From contig JASGJC010000059.1 of the NCBI GenBank assembly GCA_049840915.1, positions 32,195 through 96,194 of the forward strand: a stretch of 64,000 nucleotides of DNA, written 5' to 3'. Below are positions 62,968 through 64,000 of this stretch, one piece after another (position 1 is the stretch's first letter; each line of letters opens with the position of its first letter). The position numbers and the translations under genes are program-made. The notes under the pieces were generated by a model that had not been told where the DNA came from, made no database searches, and was given only the letters and a program-made list of their open reading frames with translations. The DNA comes from Aquabacterium sp. (GTDB taxonomy: Bacteria; Pseudomonadota; Gammaproteobacteria; Burkholderiales; Burkholderiaceae_C).

Positions 62968-63582
62968 ATGACGCTTTCTTTGTGTGTTTACTGCGGCTCA
63001 CGCGACGGCCTGGACCCAGCCCACTTGGCGGCCGCCCGTGAAGTGGGTCGCCAGATCGGCCAGCGCGGCTGGCGCCTGGTTTATGGCGGCGGCAGCACGG
63101 GCCTGATGGGCGCCGTGGCCGATGCGGCCTTGTCGGCCAATGCCAAGGTCATCGGTGTGATCCCGCATCGGCTGATCCAGCGGGAGCTGGGACACGGCGG
63201 CGTGACCGAGCTGCAGGTCGTCGACAGCATGCACGAGCGCAAGCACAAGATGGCCATGCAGTCGGACGCGTTCATCGCCCTGCCCGGCGGCATCGGCACG
63301 ATGGAAGAGATCTTCGAGGTGTGGACCTGGCGTCAGCTGGGCTACCACCGCAAGGCGCTGAGCCTGCTGAACGTGGCCGGGTATTACGACGAGCTGCTGC
63401 GTTTCATCGACCGCAGCCGCGACGCAGGCTTTTTGTGGCCCGATGTGCAGGAGCTTCTGCTTGTCGACACGGACATCGGCAACCTGCTGGACCGCATCGA
63501 AGACGAATTCGCCCGCCTGAAAGCACAAACGCCGCCCGACCAGCTTGAACCCGGCCCCGGCGGCGTCGCAACACAGATCTAG
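62968..63582 (+). CDS. LOG family (TIGR00730) nucleotide phosphoribohydrolase
   Basis: VYCGS, YGGG..GLMG, MHERK, PGGIGTMEE. Confidence 0.93.
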   Translation: MTLSLCVYCGSRDGLDPAHLAAAREVGRQIGQRGWRLVYGGGSTGLMGAVADAALSANAKVIGVIPHRLIQRELGHGGVTELQVVDSMHERKHKMAMQSDAFIALPGGIGTMEEIFEVWTWRQLGYHRKALSLLNVAGYYDELLRFIDRSRDAGFLWPDVQELLLVDTDIGNLLDRIEDEFARLKAQTPPDQLEPGPGGVATQI

Positions 63583-63608
63583 CTCGAACTCCGCACCACC
63601 CCGATCCA

Positions 63609-63686
63609 GCGAACACCGCAGATCCGGCTTCGCCGGTCTGTTGGTGTTGCCCCCTTGAGGGGGCGCGCGAAGCGCGTAGGGGGTGG
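63609..63686. repeat. REP-like palindromic intergenic element
   Basis: Nested hairpins AACACC..CCGGC TTC GCCGG..GGTGTT, CCCCTTGAGGGG, CGCGCGAAGCGCG between convergent genes; resembles Comamonadaceae dispersed repeats. Confidence 0.7.
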
Positions 63687-63689
63687 GCT

Positions 63690-64000
<311 letters not shown>

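Overview
GC-rich betaproteobacterial chromosome segment (Burkholderiales; gene content and repeat style suggest an Aquabacterium/Comamonadaceae-like host, which is an inference). Left: end of the ligase / Lhr-like helicase / PdeM DNA-repair operon (1-4299). It is followed by a lower-GC accessory block (about 4.3-26.8 kb) with a GMC oxidoreductase, a YqcI/YcgG + DUF1989 pair, glgX, a RecQ-like helicase, two hybrid kinases (one frameshifted), a Fur-boxed FecIR-TonB receptor-PepSY operon and an ABC transporter. Centre: a ~17-kb integrated phage-satellite-like element (26847-43836) at the 3' end of tRNA-Gly(CCC). It carries a P4-type integrase with arm sites, a TumE/HTH toxin-antitoxin pair containing a 103-bp tandem duplication, an HNH nuclease, a structured RNA upstream of the alpA operon, a rep-like gene with internal iterons and TerS-like small genes. 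It also encodes two large podovirus-type DNA ejection proteins but no capsid, portal, large terminase or tail, plus a distal AT-rich ART-like + DUF6575 candidate defence pair. Right: core genes (trmB, PPIase, bolA, yciB, msrB, selO, uppP, xerD, ilvIHC, ECF sigma operon, LOG, P-II). Among them sits a three-member secreted beta-rich paralog family (one PEP-CTERM, one unanchored, one pseudogene) with shared upstream boxes and a PlcR-like neighbour. All family calls come from motif recognition by eye; no database searches were run.
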